This document shows positions 50,971 through 64,000 of a stretch of 64,000 nucleotides of DNA, one piece after another. Within the stretch, counting starts at the first letter, position 1. Each line of letters opens with the position of its first letter. This DNA comes from the human T2T-CHM13v2.0 reference genome, Homo sapiens, in assembly GCF_009914755.1 (NCBI RefSeq), contig NC_060937.1; one strand, given 5' to 3'. The position numbers and the translations under genes were made by a program. Below the pieces are notes generated by a model. That model saw nothing but the letters and a program-made list of their open reading frames with translations. It was not told where the DNA came from and did no database searches.

Positions 50971-51719
50971 ATATTCTATACTGTACAAAAAATATCAAAG
51001 TACCCAAACATGTATTATCTACTGTACATGAAATATGAAAGTACATCAAATATATATTTTATTCTGTACATAAAATATCAAAGTACACCAAATATATATT
51101 CTATATTGTACATAAAATATCAAAGTACCCAAACTATACATTATATACTGTACATAAAATATGAAATTACATCAAATATATATTACATTAGGTACATAAA
51201 ATATGAAAGTACATCAAATATAGATTATATACTGTACATAAAATAACAAAGTACCCCAAATAAATATTTTATACTGTACATGAATTATCAAAGTTCACAA
51301 ACTATATATTATATACTCTACATAAAATATCAAAGTACCCAAGGTATATATTCTATACTGTACAAAAAATATCAAAGTACCCAAAGCATGTATTATATAC
51401 TGTACATAAAATATGAAAGTACATCAAATATATATTTTATACTGTACATAAAATATCAAAGTACACTAAATATATATTCTATAGTGTACATAAAATATCA
51501 AAGTACCCAAACTATACATTATATACTGTACATAAAATATGAAATTACATCAAATATATATTATATTAGGTACATAAAATATGAAAGTACATCAAATATA
51601 GATTATATACTGTACATAAAATACCAAAGTACCCCAAATACATATTATATACTGTACATGAAATATCAAAGTTCACAAACTATATATTATATACTGTACA
51701 TAAAATATCAAAGTACCCA

Positions 51720-54700
51720 AGGTATATATTCCATACTGTACAAAAAATATCAAAGTACCCAAAGCATATATTATATGCTGTACATAAAATATGAAAGTAC
51801 ATCAAATATATATGTTATTCTGTACATAAAATATCAAAGTACACCAAATATATATTCTATACTGTACATAAAATATCAAGGTACCTAAACTATACATTAC
51901 ATACTGTACATAAAATATGAAATTACATCAAATATATATTATATTAGGTACATAAAATATGAAAGTACATCAAATATAGATTCTATACTGTACATAAAAT
52001 ATCAAAGTACCCAAATATATATCAGATACTGTACATGAAATATCAAAGTTCACAAACTATATATTATATACTGTACATAAAATATCAAAGTACCCAAACT
52101 ATACATTATATACTGTACATAAAATATGAAATTACATCAAATATATATTATATTAGGTATGTAAAATATGAAAGTACATCAAATATAGATTATATACTGT
52201 ACATAAAATACCAAAGTACCCCAAATATATATTTTATGCTGTACATGAAATATCAAAGTTCTCAAACTATATATTATATACTGCACATAAAATATCAAAG
52301 TACCCAAGCTATATATTCCATACTGTACAAAAAATATCAAAGTACCCAAAGCATATATTATATGCTGTCCATAAAATATGAAAGTATATCAAATATATAT
52401 TTTATTCTGTACATAAAATATCAAAGTACACCAAATATATATTCTATACTGTACATAAAATATCAAGGTACCCAAACTATACATTATATACTGTACATAA
52501 GATATGAAATTACATCAAATATACATTATATTAGGTACATAAAATATGAAAGTACATCAAATATAGATTATATACTGTACATAAAATCTCAAAGTACCCA
52601 AATATATATCATATACTGTACATGAAATATCAAAGTTCACAAACTATATATTATATACTGTACATAAAATATCAAAGTACCCAAACTATACATTATATAC
52701 TGTACATAAAATATGAAATTACATCAAATATATATTTTATTAGGTATGTAAAATATGAAAGTACATCAAATATAGATTATATACTGTACATAAAATACCA
52801 AAGTACCACAAATATATATTTTATACTGTACATGAAATATCAAAGTTCTCAAACTATATATTATATACTGCACATAAAATATCAAAGTACCCAAGGTATA
52901 TATTCCATACTGTACAAAAAATATCAAAGTACCCAAAGCATATATTATATGCTGTACATAAAATATGAAAGTACATGAAATATATATTTTATTCTCTACA
53001 TAAAATATCAAAGTACACCAAATATATATTCTATACTGTACATAAAATATCAAGGTACCCAAACTATACATTATATACTGTACATAAAATATGAAATTAC
53101 ATCAAATATATATTATATTAGGTACATAAAATATGAAAGTACATCAAATATAGATTATATACTGTACAAAAAATATCAAAGTACCCAAATATATACCATA
53201 TACTGTACATGAAATATCAAAGTTCACAAACTATATATTATATACTGTACATAAAATATCAAAGTACCCAAACTATACATTATATACTGTACATAAAATA
53301 TGAAATTACATCAAATATATATTTTATTAGGTATGTAAAATATGAAAGTACATCAAATATAGATTATATACTGTACATAAAATACCAAAGTACCCCAAAT
53401 ATATATTTTATACTGTACATGAAATATCAAAGTTCTCAAACTATATATTATATAGTGCACATAAAATATCAAAGTACCCAAGGTATATATTCCATACTGT
53501 ACAAAAATTATCAAAGTACCCAAAGCATATATTATATGCTGTACATAAAATATGAAAGTACATGAAATATATATTTTATTCTGTACATAAAATATCAAAG
53601 TACACCAAATATATATTCTATACTGTACATAAAATATCAAGGTACCCAAACTATACATTATATACTGTACATAAGATATGAAATTACATCAAATATATAT
53701 TATATTAGGTACATAAAATATGAAAGTACATCAAATATAGATTATATACTGTACATAAAATCTCAAAGTACCCAAATATATATCATATACTGTACATGAA
53801 ATATCAAAGTTCACAAACTATATATTATATACTGTACATAAAATATCAAAGTACCCAAACTATACATTATATACTGTACATAAAATATGAAATTACATCA
53901 AATATATATTTTATTAGGTATGTAAAATATGAAAGTACATCAAATATAGATTATATACTGTACATAAAATACCAAAGTACCCCAAATATATATTTTATAC
54001 TGTACATGAAATATCAAAGTTCTCAAAGTATATATTATATAGTGCACATAAAATATCAAAGTACCCAAGGTATATATTCCATACTGTACAAAAATTATCA
54101 AAGTACCCAAAGCATATATTATATGCTGTACATAAAATATGAAAGTACATCAAATATATATTTTATTCTGTACATAAAATATCAAAGTACACCAAATATA
54201 TATTCTATACTGTACATAAAATATCAAGGTACCCAAACTATACATTATATACTGTACATAAGATATGAAATTACATCAAATATATATTATATTAGGTACA
54301 TAAAATATGAAAGTACATCAAATATAGATTATATACTGTACATAAAATATCAAAGTACCCAAATATATATCATATACTGTACATGAAATATCAAAGTTCA
54401 CAAACTATATATTATATACTGTACATAAAATATCAAAGTACCCAAACTATACATTATATACTGTACATAAAATATGAAATTACATCAAATATATATTATA
54501 TTAGGTATGTAAAATATGAAAGTACATCAAATATAGATTATATACTGTACATAAAATACCAAAGTACCCCAAATATATATTTTATACTGTACATGAAATA
54601 TCAAAGTTCTCAAACTATATATTATATACTGCACATAAAATATCAAAGTACCCAAGGTATATATTCCATACTGTACAAAAAATATCAAAGTACCCAAAGC

Positions 54701-57700
54701 ATATATTATATGCTGTACATAAAATATGAAAGTACATGAAATATATATTTTATTCTGTACATAAAATATCAAAGTACACCAAATATATATTCTATACTGT
54801 ACATAAAATATCAACGTACCCAAACTATACATTATATACTGTACATAAAATATGAAATTACATCAAATATATATTATATTAGGTACATAAAATATGAAAG
54901 TACATCAAATATAGATTATATACTGTACATAAAATCTCAAAGTACCCAAATATATATCATATACTGTACATGAAATATCAAAGTTCACAAACTATATATT
55001 ATATACTGTACATAAAATATCAAAGTACCCAAACTATACATTATATACTGTACATAAAATATGAAATTACATCAAATATATATTTTATTAGGTATGTAAA
55101 ATATGAAAGTACATCAAATATAGATTATATACTGTACATAAAATACCAAAGTACCCCAAATATATATTTTATACTGTACATGAAATATCAAAGTTCTCAA
55201 AGTATATATTATATAGTGCACATAAAATATCAAAGTACCCAAGGTATATATTCCATACTGTACAAAAATTATCAAAGTACCCAAAGCATATATTATATGC
55301 TGTACATAAAATATGAAAGTACATCAAATATATATTTTATTCTGTACATAAAATATCAAAGTATACCAAATATATATTCTATACTGTACATAAAATATCA
55401 AGGTACCCAAACTATACATTATATACTGTACATAAGATATGAAATTACATCAAATATATATTATATTAGGTACATAAAATATGAAAGTACATCAAATATA
55501 GATTATATACTGTACATAAAATATCAAAGTACCCAAATATATATCATATACTGTACATGAAATATCAAAGTTCACAAACTATATATTATATACTGTACAT
55601 AAAATATCAAAGTACCCAAACTATACATTATATACTGTACATAAAATATGAAATTACATCAAATATATATTTTATTAGGTATGTAAAATATGAAAGTACA
55701 TCAAATATAGATTATATACTGTACATAAAATACCAAAGTACCCCAAATATATATTTTATACTGTACATGAAATATCAAAGTTCTCAAAGTATATATTATA
55801 TAGTGCACATAAAATATCAAAGTACCCAAGGTATATATTCCATACTGTACAAAAATTATCAAAGTACCCAAAGCATATATTATATGCTGTACATAAAATA
55901 TGAAAGTACATCAAATATATATTTTATCCTGTACATAAAATATCAAAGTACACCAAATATATATTCTATACTGTACATAAAATATCAAGGTACCCAAACT
56001 ATACATTATATACTGTACATAAGATATGAAATTACATCAAATATATATTATATTAGGTACATAAAATATGAAAGTACATCAAATATAGATTATATACTGT
56101 ACATAAAATATCAAAGTACCCAAATATATATCATATACTGTACATGAAATATCAAAGTTCACAAACTATATATTATATACTGTACATAAAATATCAAAGT
56201 ACCCAAACTATACATTATATACTGTACATAAAATCTGAAATTACATCAAATATATATTATATTAGGTATGTAAAATATGAAAGTACATCAAATATAGATT
56301 ATATACTGTACATAAAATACCAAAGTACCCCAAATATATATTTTATACTGTACATGAAATATCAAAGTTCTCAAACTATATATTATATACTGCACATAAA
56401 ATATCAAAGTACCCAAGGTATATATTCCATACTGTACAAAAAATATCAAAGTACCCAAAGCATATATTATATGCTGTACATAAAATATGAAAGTACATCA
56501 AATATATATTTTATTCTGTACATAAAATATCAAAGTACACCAAATATATATTCTATACTGTACATAAAATATCAACGTACCCAAACTATACATTTTATAC
56601 TGTACATAAAATATGAAATTATATCAAATATATATTATATTAGGTACATAAAATATGAAAGTACATCAAATATAGATTATACACTGTACATAAAATATCA
56701 AAGTACCCAAATATATATCATATACTGTACATGAAATATCAAAGTTCACAAACTATATATTATATACTGTACATAAAATATCAAAGTACCCAAACTATAC
56801 ATTATATACTGAACATAAAAGATGAAATTACATAAAATATATATTATATTAGGTATGTAAAATATGAGAGTACATCAAATATAGATTATATACTGTACAT
56901 AAAATACCAAAGTACCCCAAATATATATTTTATACTGTACATGAAATATCAAAGTTCTCAAACTATATATTATATACTGCACATAAAATATCAAAGTACC
57001 CAAGGTATATATTCCATACTGTACAAAAAATATCAAAGTACCCAAAGCATATATTATATGCTGTACATAAAATATGAAAGTACATCAAATATATATTTTA
57101 TTCTGTACATAAAATATCAAAGTACACCAAATATATATTCTATACTGTACATAAAATATCAACGTACCCAAACTATACATTATATACTGTACATAAAATA
57201 TGAAATTACATCAAATATATATTATATTAGGTACATAAAATATGAAAGTACATCAAATATAGATTATATACTGTACATAAAATATCAAAGTACCCAAATA
57301 TATATCATATACTGTACATGAAATATCAAAGTTCACAAACTATATATTATATACTGTACATAAAATATCAAAGTACCCAAACTATACATTATATACTGTA
57401 AATAAAATATGAAATTACATCAAATATATATTTTATTAGGTATGTAAAATATGAAAGTACATCAAATATAGATTATAGACTGTACATAAAATACCAAAGT
57501 ACCCCAAATATATATTTTATACTGTACATGAAATATCAAAGTTCTCAAACTATATATTATATACTGCACATAAAATATCAAAGTACCCAAGGTATATATT
57601 CCATACTGTACAAAAAATATCAAAGTACCCAAAGCATATATTATATGCTGTACATAAAATATGAAAGTACATCAAATATATATTTTATTCTGTTCATAAA

Positions 57701-58110
57701 ATATCAAAGTACACCAAATATATATTCTATACTGTACATAAAATATCAAGGTACCCAAACTATACATTATATACTGTACATAAAATATGAAATTACATCA
57801 AATATATATTATATTAGGTACATAAAATATGAAAGTACATCAAATATAGATTCTATACTGTACATAAAATTTCAAAGTACCCAAATATATATCATATACT
57901 GTACATGAAATATGAAAGTTCACAAACTATATATTATATACTGTACATAAAATATCAAAGTACCCAAACTATACATTATATACTGTACATAAAATATGAA
58001 ATTACATCAAATATATATTATATTAGGTATGTAAAATATGAAAGTACATCAAATATAAATTATATACTGTACATAAAATACCAAAGTACCCCAAATATAT
58101 AGTATATGCT
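51720..58110 (+). repeat. 587-bp 14-mer variant HOR sub-array (~11 copies)
   Basis: ORF starts at 52035, 52622, 53209, 53796, 54383, 54970, 55557, 56144 and 57905 are all multiples of 587 apart (14x42-1). Monomer order is E-A-B-C-D-E-F-G-H-I-A-B-C-D*, where D* is 41 bp. Largely private variants: aggtatgtaaaa, agttctcaaa, tgcacata, attccatact, gcatatattatatgctg. Confidence 0.93.
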
Positions 58111-61100
58111 GTACATGCAATATCAAAGTTCACAAACTATATATTATATATTGTACATAAAATATCAAAGTACCCAAGGTATATATTCTATACTGTACAA
58201 AAAATATCAAAGTACCCAAAACATGTATTATATACTGTACATAAAATATGAAAGTACATCAAATATATATTTTATTCTGTACATAAAATATCAAAGTACA
58301 CCAAATATATATTCTATAGTGTACATAAAATATCAAAGTACCCAAACTATACATTATAAACTGTACATAAAATATGAAATTACATCAAATATATATTATA
58401 TTAGGTACATAAAATATGAAAGTACATGAAATATATATTATATACTGTACATAAAATACCAAAGTACCCCAAATACATATTATATACTGTACATGAAATA
58501 TCAAAGTTCACAAACTATATATTATATACTATACATAAAATAACAAAGTACCGAAGGTATATATTCTATACTGTACAAAAAATATCAAAGTACCCAAAGC
58601 ATGTATTATATACTGTACATAAAATATGAAAGTATATGAAATATATATTTTATTCTGTACATAAAATATCAAATTACACAAAATATATATTCTATAGTGT
58701 ACATAAAATATCAAAGTACCCAAACTATACATTATATACTGTACAAAAAATATGAAATTACATCAAATATATATTATATTAGGTACATAAAATATGAAAG
58801 TACATCAAATATAGATTATATACTGTACATAAAATACGAAAGAACCCCAAATATATATTATATACTGTACATGAAATATCAAAGTTCACAAACTATATAT
58901 TATATACTGTACATAAAATATAAAAGTGCCCAAGGTATATATTCTATACTGTACAAAAAATATCAAAGTACCCAAAACATGTACTATATACTGTACATAA
59001 AATATGAAAGTACATCAAATATATATTTTATTCTGTACATAAAATATCAAAGTACACCAAATATATATTCTATAGTGTACATAAAATATCAAAATACCCA
59101 AACTATACATTATATACTGTACATAAAATATGAAATTACATCAAATATATATTATATTAGGTACCTAAAATATGAAAGTACATCAAATATAAATTATATA
59201 CTGTACATAAAATAACAAAGAAACCCAAATATATATTATATACTGTACATGAAATATCAAAGTTCACAAACTATATATTATATACTGTACATAAAATATC
59301 AAAGTACCCAAGGTATATATTCCATACTCTACAAAAAATATCAAAGTACCCAAAGCATGTATTATATACTGTTCATAAAATATGAAAGTACATCAAATAT
59401 ATATTTTATTCTGTACATAAAATATCAAAGTACACTAAATATATATTCTATAGTGTACATAAAATATCAAAGTACCCAAACTATACATTATATACTGTAC
59501 ATAAAATATGAAATTACATCAAATATATATTATATTAGGTACATAAAATATGAAAGTACATCAAATATAAATTATATACTGTACATAAAATATCAAAGTA
59601 CCTCAAATATATATTATATACTGAACATGAAATATCAAAGTTCACAAACTATATATTATATACTGTACATAAAATATCAAAATACCCCAGGTATATATTC
59701 TATACTGTACAAAAAATATAAAAGTACCCAAAACATGTATTATATACTGTACATAAAATATGAAAGTACATCAAATATATATTTTATCCTGTACATAAAA
59801 TATCAAAGTACACCAAATATATATTCTATAGTGTACATAAAATATCAAATTACCCAAACTATACATTATATACTGTACATAAAATATGAAATTACATCAA
59901 ATATATATTATATTAGGTACATAAAATATGAAAGTACATCAAATATAAATTATATACTGTACATAAAATATCAAAGTACCTCAAATATATATTATATACT
60001 GTACATGAAATATCAAAGTTCACAAACTATATATTATATACTGTACATAAAATATCAAAGTACCCAAGGTATATATTCTATACTGTACAAAAAATATAAA
60101 AGCACCCAAAACATGTATTATATACTGTACATAAAATATGAAAGTACATCATATATATATTTTATTCTGTAAATAAAATATCAAAGTACACCAAATATAT
60201 ATTCTATAGTGTACATAAAATATCAAAGTACCCAAACTATACATTATATACTGTACATAAAATATGAAATTACATCAAATATATATTATATTAGGTACAT
60301 AAAATATGAAAGTACATCAAATATAGATTATATACTGTACATAAAATATCAAAGTACCCCAAATAAATATTTTATACTGTACATGCAATATCAAAGTTCA
60401 CAAACTATATATTATATACTGTACATAAAATATCAAAGTACCGAAGGTATATATTCTATACTGTACAAAAAATATCAAAGTACCCAAAGCATGTATTATA
60501 TACTGTACATAAAATATGAAAGTACATCAAATATATATTTTATTCTGTACATAAAATATCAAAGTACACCAAATATATATTCTATAGTGTACATAAGATA
60601 TAAAAGTACCCAAACTATATATTATATACTGTACATAAAATATGAAATTACATCAAAAATATATTATATTAGGTACATAAAATATGAAAGTACATCAAAT
60701 ATAAATTATATACAGTACATAAAAAATCAAAGTACCCCAAATATATATTATATACTGTACATGAAATATCAAAGTCCACAAACTATATATAATATATTGT
60801 ACATAAAATATCAAAGTACCCAAGGTATATATTCTATACTGTACAAAAAATATCAAAGTACCCAAAGCATGTATTATATAGTGTATATAAAATATGAAAG
60901 TACATCAAATATATATTTAATTTTGTACATAAAATATCAAAGTACACCAAATATATATTCTATACTGTACATAAAATATCAAAGTACCCAAACTATACAT
61001 TATATACTGTACATAAAATATGAAATTACATCAAATATATATTATATTAGGTACATAAAATATGAAAGTACATCAAATATAGATTATATACTGTACATAA

Positions 61101-64000
61101 AATACCAAAGAACCCCAAATATATATTATATACTGTACATGAAATATGAAAGTTCCCAAACTATATATTATATACTGTACATAAAATATCAAAGTACCCA
61201 AGGTATATATTCTATACTGTACAAAAAATATCAAAGTACGCAAAGCATGTATTATATACTGTTAATAAAAAATGAAAGTACATCAAATATATATTTTATT
61301 CTGTACATAAAATATCAAAGTACACCAAATATATATTCTATAGTGTACATAAAATATCAAAATACCCAAACTATACATTATATACTGTACATAAAATATG
61401 AAATTACATCAAATATATATTATAATAGGTACATAAAATATGAAAGTACATCAAATATAAATTATATACTGTACATAAAATACCAAAGAACCCCAAATAT
61501 ATATTATATACTGTACATGAAATATCAAAGTTCACAAAGTATATATTATATACTGTATATAAAATATCAAAGTACCCAAGGTATATATTCTATACTGTAC
61601 AAAAAATATCAAAGTACCCAAAGCATGTATTATATACTGTTCATAAAATATGAAAGTACATCAAATATATAATTTATTCTGTACATAAAATATCAAAGTA
61701 CACCAAATATATATTCTATAGTGTACATTAAATATCAAACTACCCAAACTATACATTATATACTGTACATAAAATATGAAATTACATCAAATATATATTA
61801 TATTAGGTACATAAAATATGAAAGTACATCAAATATAGATTATAAACTGTACATAAAATAACAAAGAACCCCAAATATATATTGTATACTGTACATGAAA
61901 TATCAAAGTTCACAAACTATATATTATATACTGTACATAAAATATCAAAGTACCCAAGGTATATATTCTATACTGTATAAAAAATATCTAAGTACCCAAG
62001 GCATGTATTATATACTGTTCATAAAATATGAAAGTACATCAAACATATATTTTATTCTGTACATAAAATATCAAGGTTCACTAAATATATATTCTATAGT
62101 GTACATAAAATATCAAACTACCCAAACTATACATTATATACTGTACATAAAATATGAAATTACATCAAATATATATTATATTAGGTACATAAAATATGAA
62201 AGTACATCAAATACATATTATATACTGTACATAAAATACCAAATTACCCCAAATACATATTATATACTGTACATGAAATATCAAAGTTCACAAACTATAT
62301 ATTATATACTGTACATAAAATATCAAAGTACCCAAGGTATATATTCTATACTGTACAAAAAATATCAAAGTACGCAAAGCATGTATTATATAGTGTACAT
62401 AAAATATGAAAGTACATCAAATATATATTTTATTCTGTACATAAAATATCAAAGTACACCAAATATATATTCTATAGTGTACATAAAATATCAAAGTACC
62501 CAAACTATACATTATATACTGTACATAAAACATGAAATTACATCCAATATATATTATATTAGGTACATAAAATATGAAAGTACATCAAATATAAATTATA
62601 TACTGTACATAAAATACCATAGTACCCCAAATATATATTATATACAGTACATGAAATATCAAAGTTCACAAACTATATATTATATACTGTACATAAAATA
62701 TCAAAGTACACAAGGTATATATTCCATACTGTACAAAAAATATCAAAGTACCCAAAGCATGTATTATATACTGTTCAAAAAATATGAAATTACATCAAAT
62801 ATATATTTTATTCTGTACATAAAATACCAAAGTACACCAAATATATATTCTATAGTGTACATAAAATATCAAATTACCCAAACTATACATTATATACTGT
62901 ACATAAAATATGAAATTACATCAAAAATATATTATATTAGGTACATAAAATATGAAAGTACATCAAATATAAATTATATACAGTACATAAAATATCAAAG
63001 TACCCCAAATATATATTATATACTGTACATGAAATATCAAAGTCCACAAACTATATATTATATACTGTACATAAAATATCAAAGTACCCAAGGTATATAT
63101 TCTATACTCTACAAAAAATATCAAAGTACCCAAAGCATGTATTATATACGGTACATAAAATATGAAAGTACATCAAATATATATTTAATTCTGTACATAA
63201 AATATCAAAGTACACCAAATATATATTCTATAGTGTACATAAAATATCAAAGTACCCAAACTATACATTATATACTGTACATAAAATATGAAATTACATC
63301 AAATATATATTATATTAGGTACATAAAATATGAAAGTACATCAAATATAGATTATATACTGTACATAAAATACCAAAGAACCCCAAATATATATTATATA
63401 CTGTACATGAAATATCAAAGTTCACAAACTATATATTATATACTGTACATAAAATATCAAAGTACCCAAGGTATATATTCTATACTGTACAAAAAATATC
63501 AAAGTACCCAAAGCATGTATTATATACTGTTAATAAAATATGAAAGTACATCAAATATATATTTTATTCTGTACATAAAATATCAAAGTACACCAAATAT
63601 ATATTCTATAGTGTACATAAAATATCAAATTACCGAAACTATGCATTATATACTGTACATAAACTATGAAATTACATCAAATATATATTATATTAGGTAC
63701 ATAAAATATGAAAGTACATCAAATATAGATTGTATACTGTGCATAGAATACCAAAGTACCCCAAATACATATTGCATACTGTACATGAAATATCAAAGTT
63801 CACAAACTATATTTTATATACTGTACATAAAATATCAAAGTACCCAAGGTATATATTCTATACTGTACAAAAAATATCAAAGTACCCAAAGCAAGTATTA
63901 TATACTGTACATAAAATATGAAAGTACATCAAATGTGTATTTTATTCTGTACATATATCAAAGTACACCAAATATATATTCTATAGTGTACATAAAATAT
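58110..64000 (+). repeat. 378-bp 9-mer higher-order repeat domain resumes
   Basis: Canonical A-I order returns in ORFs 58106, 58697, 59249 and 60209. The 14-mer order and most of its diagnostic variants disappear. Confidence 0.92.
60600..63600 (+). repeat. Partial duplication, offset 2268 bp (6 HOR units)
   Basis: catcaaaaat at 60651/62919, agtccaca at 60773/63041 and gttaata at 61261/63529. Confidence 0.75.

Larger units (their letters stand above)
1..51720 (+). repeat. 378-bp 9-mer higher-order repeat domain (monomers A-I)
   Basis: Translated monomers recur in fixed order every 126 aa: A QSTQTIHYIL, B EITSNIYYIR, C ESTSNIDYIL, D QSTPNIYYIL, E (M)KYQSSQTIYYIL, F QSTQGIYSIL, G (K)KYQSTQSMYYIL, H ESTSNIYFIL, I QSTPNIYSIV. 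E-monomer starts (8917, 15595, 21264, 27305, 44521, 51280) are exact multiples of 378 apart once the listed indels are counted. Confidence 0.95.
1..64000 (+). repeat. Human Satellite 1A (classical Satellite I / SAR) array, 42-bp monomer, ~1,520 monomers, single orientation
   Basis: Continuous repeats like tacataaaatatcaaagtaccccaaatatatattatatactg (20A/13T/7C/2G). Two GTAC (RsaI) sites split most monomers into 17-bp (acataaaatat[c/g]aaagt) and 25-bp (ac[c/a]..aaatata.att.tat.ctgt) subunits, the classical Satellite I organisation. Family assignment is from recognition, not a database search. Confidence 0.95.

Noticed and set aside
14476-58732. Short hydrophobic minus-strand ORFs (MYSLGTLIFYV...) resembling membrane peptides
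   Set aside because: They are the reverse-complement reading of the same repeat, open only where point variants (e.g. tca>tga on +) remove a minus-strand stop.
49-63921. Dozens of long + strand ORFs (up to 1392 aa) as repeat-protein genes
   Set aside because: They are translations of the 42-bp satellite. There are no unique N- or C-terminal domains, stops and frameshifts are scattered, and no gene context exists.
1-64000. CRISPR-like array (constant tgtacataaaatat plus variable segment)
   Set aside because: The variable parts are homologous to each other and cycle every nine units. There are no unique spacers, leader or cas genes.
1-64000. TATA boxes or poly(A)-like signals as regulatory sites
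   Set aside because: They are expected by chance in ~79% AT periodic DNA and have no associated gene.
1-64000. Alpha satellite/CENP-B boxes, HSat2/3, Alu/L1 insertions or an internal inversion
   Set aside because: There is no 171-bp period and no CATTC repeats. HOR phase arithmetic between checkpoints from ~8.9 to ~59 kb is fully explained by the listed deletions, leaving no room for insertions, and strand orientation never flips.

Overview
The whole 64 kb window is one uninterrupted, single-orientation, very AT-rich tandem satellite (about 21% GC in a representative monomer). The 42-bp monomer is made of alternating 17-bp and 25-bp GTAC-delimited subunits, and nine distinct monomer types (here A-I) form a 378-bp higher-order repeat (HOR). 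This matches human classical Satellite I / HSat1A (RepeatMasker SAR) pericentromeric or acrocentric DNA; the chromosome cannot be assigned from the sequence alone. I found no genes, transposons, RNA genes, CRISPR array or inversions. The long Y/I/K-rich ORFs are artefacts of a 42-bp (14-codon) unit with one stop-free frame. The interesting signal is architectural: a locally expanded 587-bp 14-mer HOR (~51.7-58.1 kb, ~11 copies, with internal subtypes), a short 377-bp variant array, recurrent whole-monomer deletions that follow a hidden 5+4 substructure of the 9-mer, and many nested kb-scale duplications traced by private variants. All offsets were counted by eye and need dot-plot confirmation. 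I see no evidence for a new protein-coding system.
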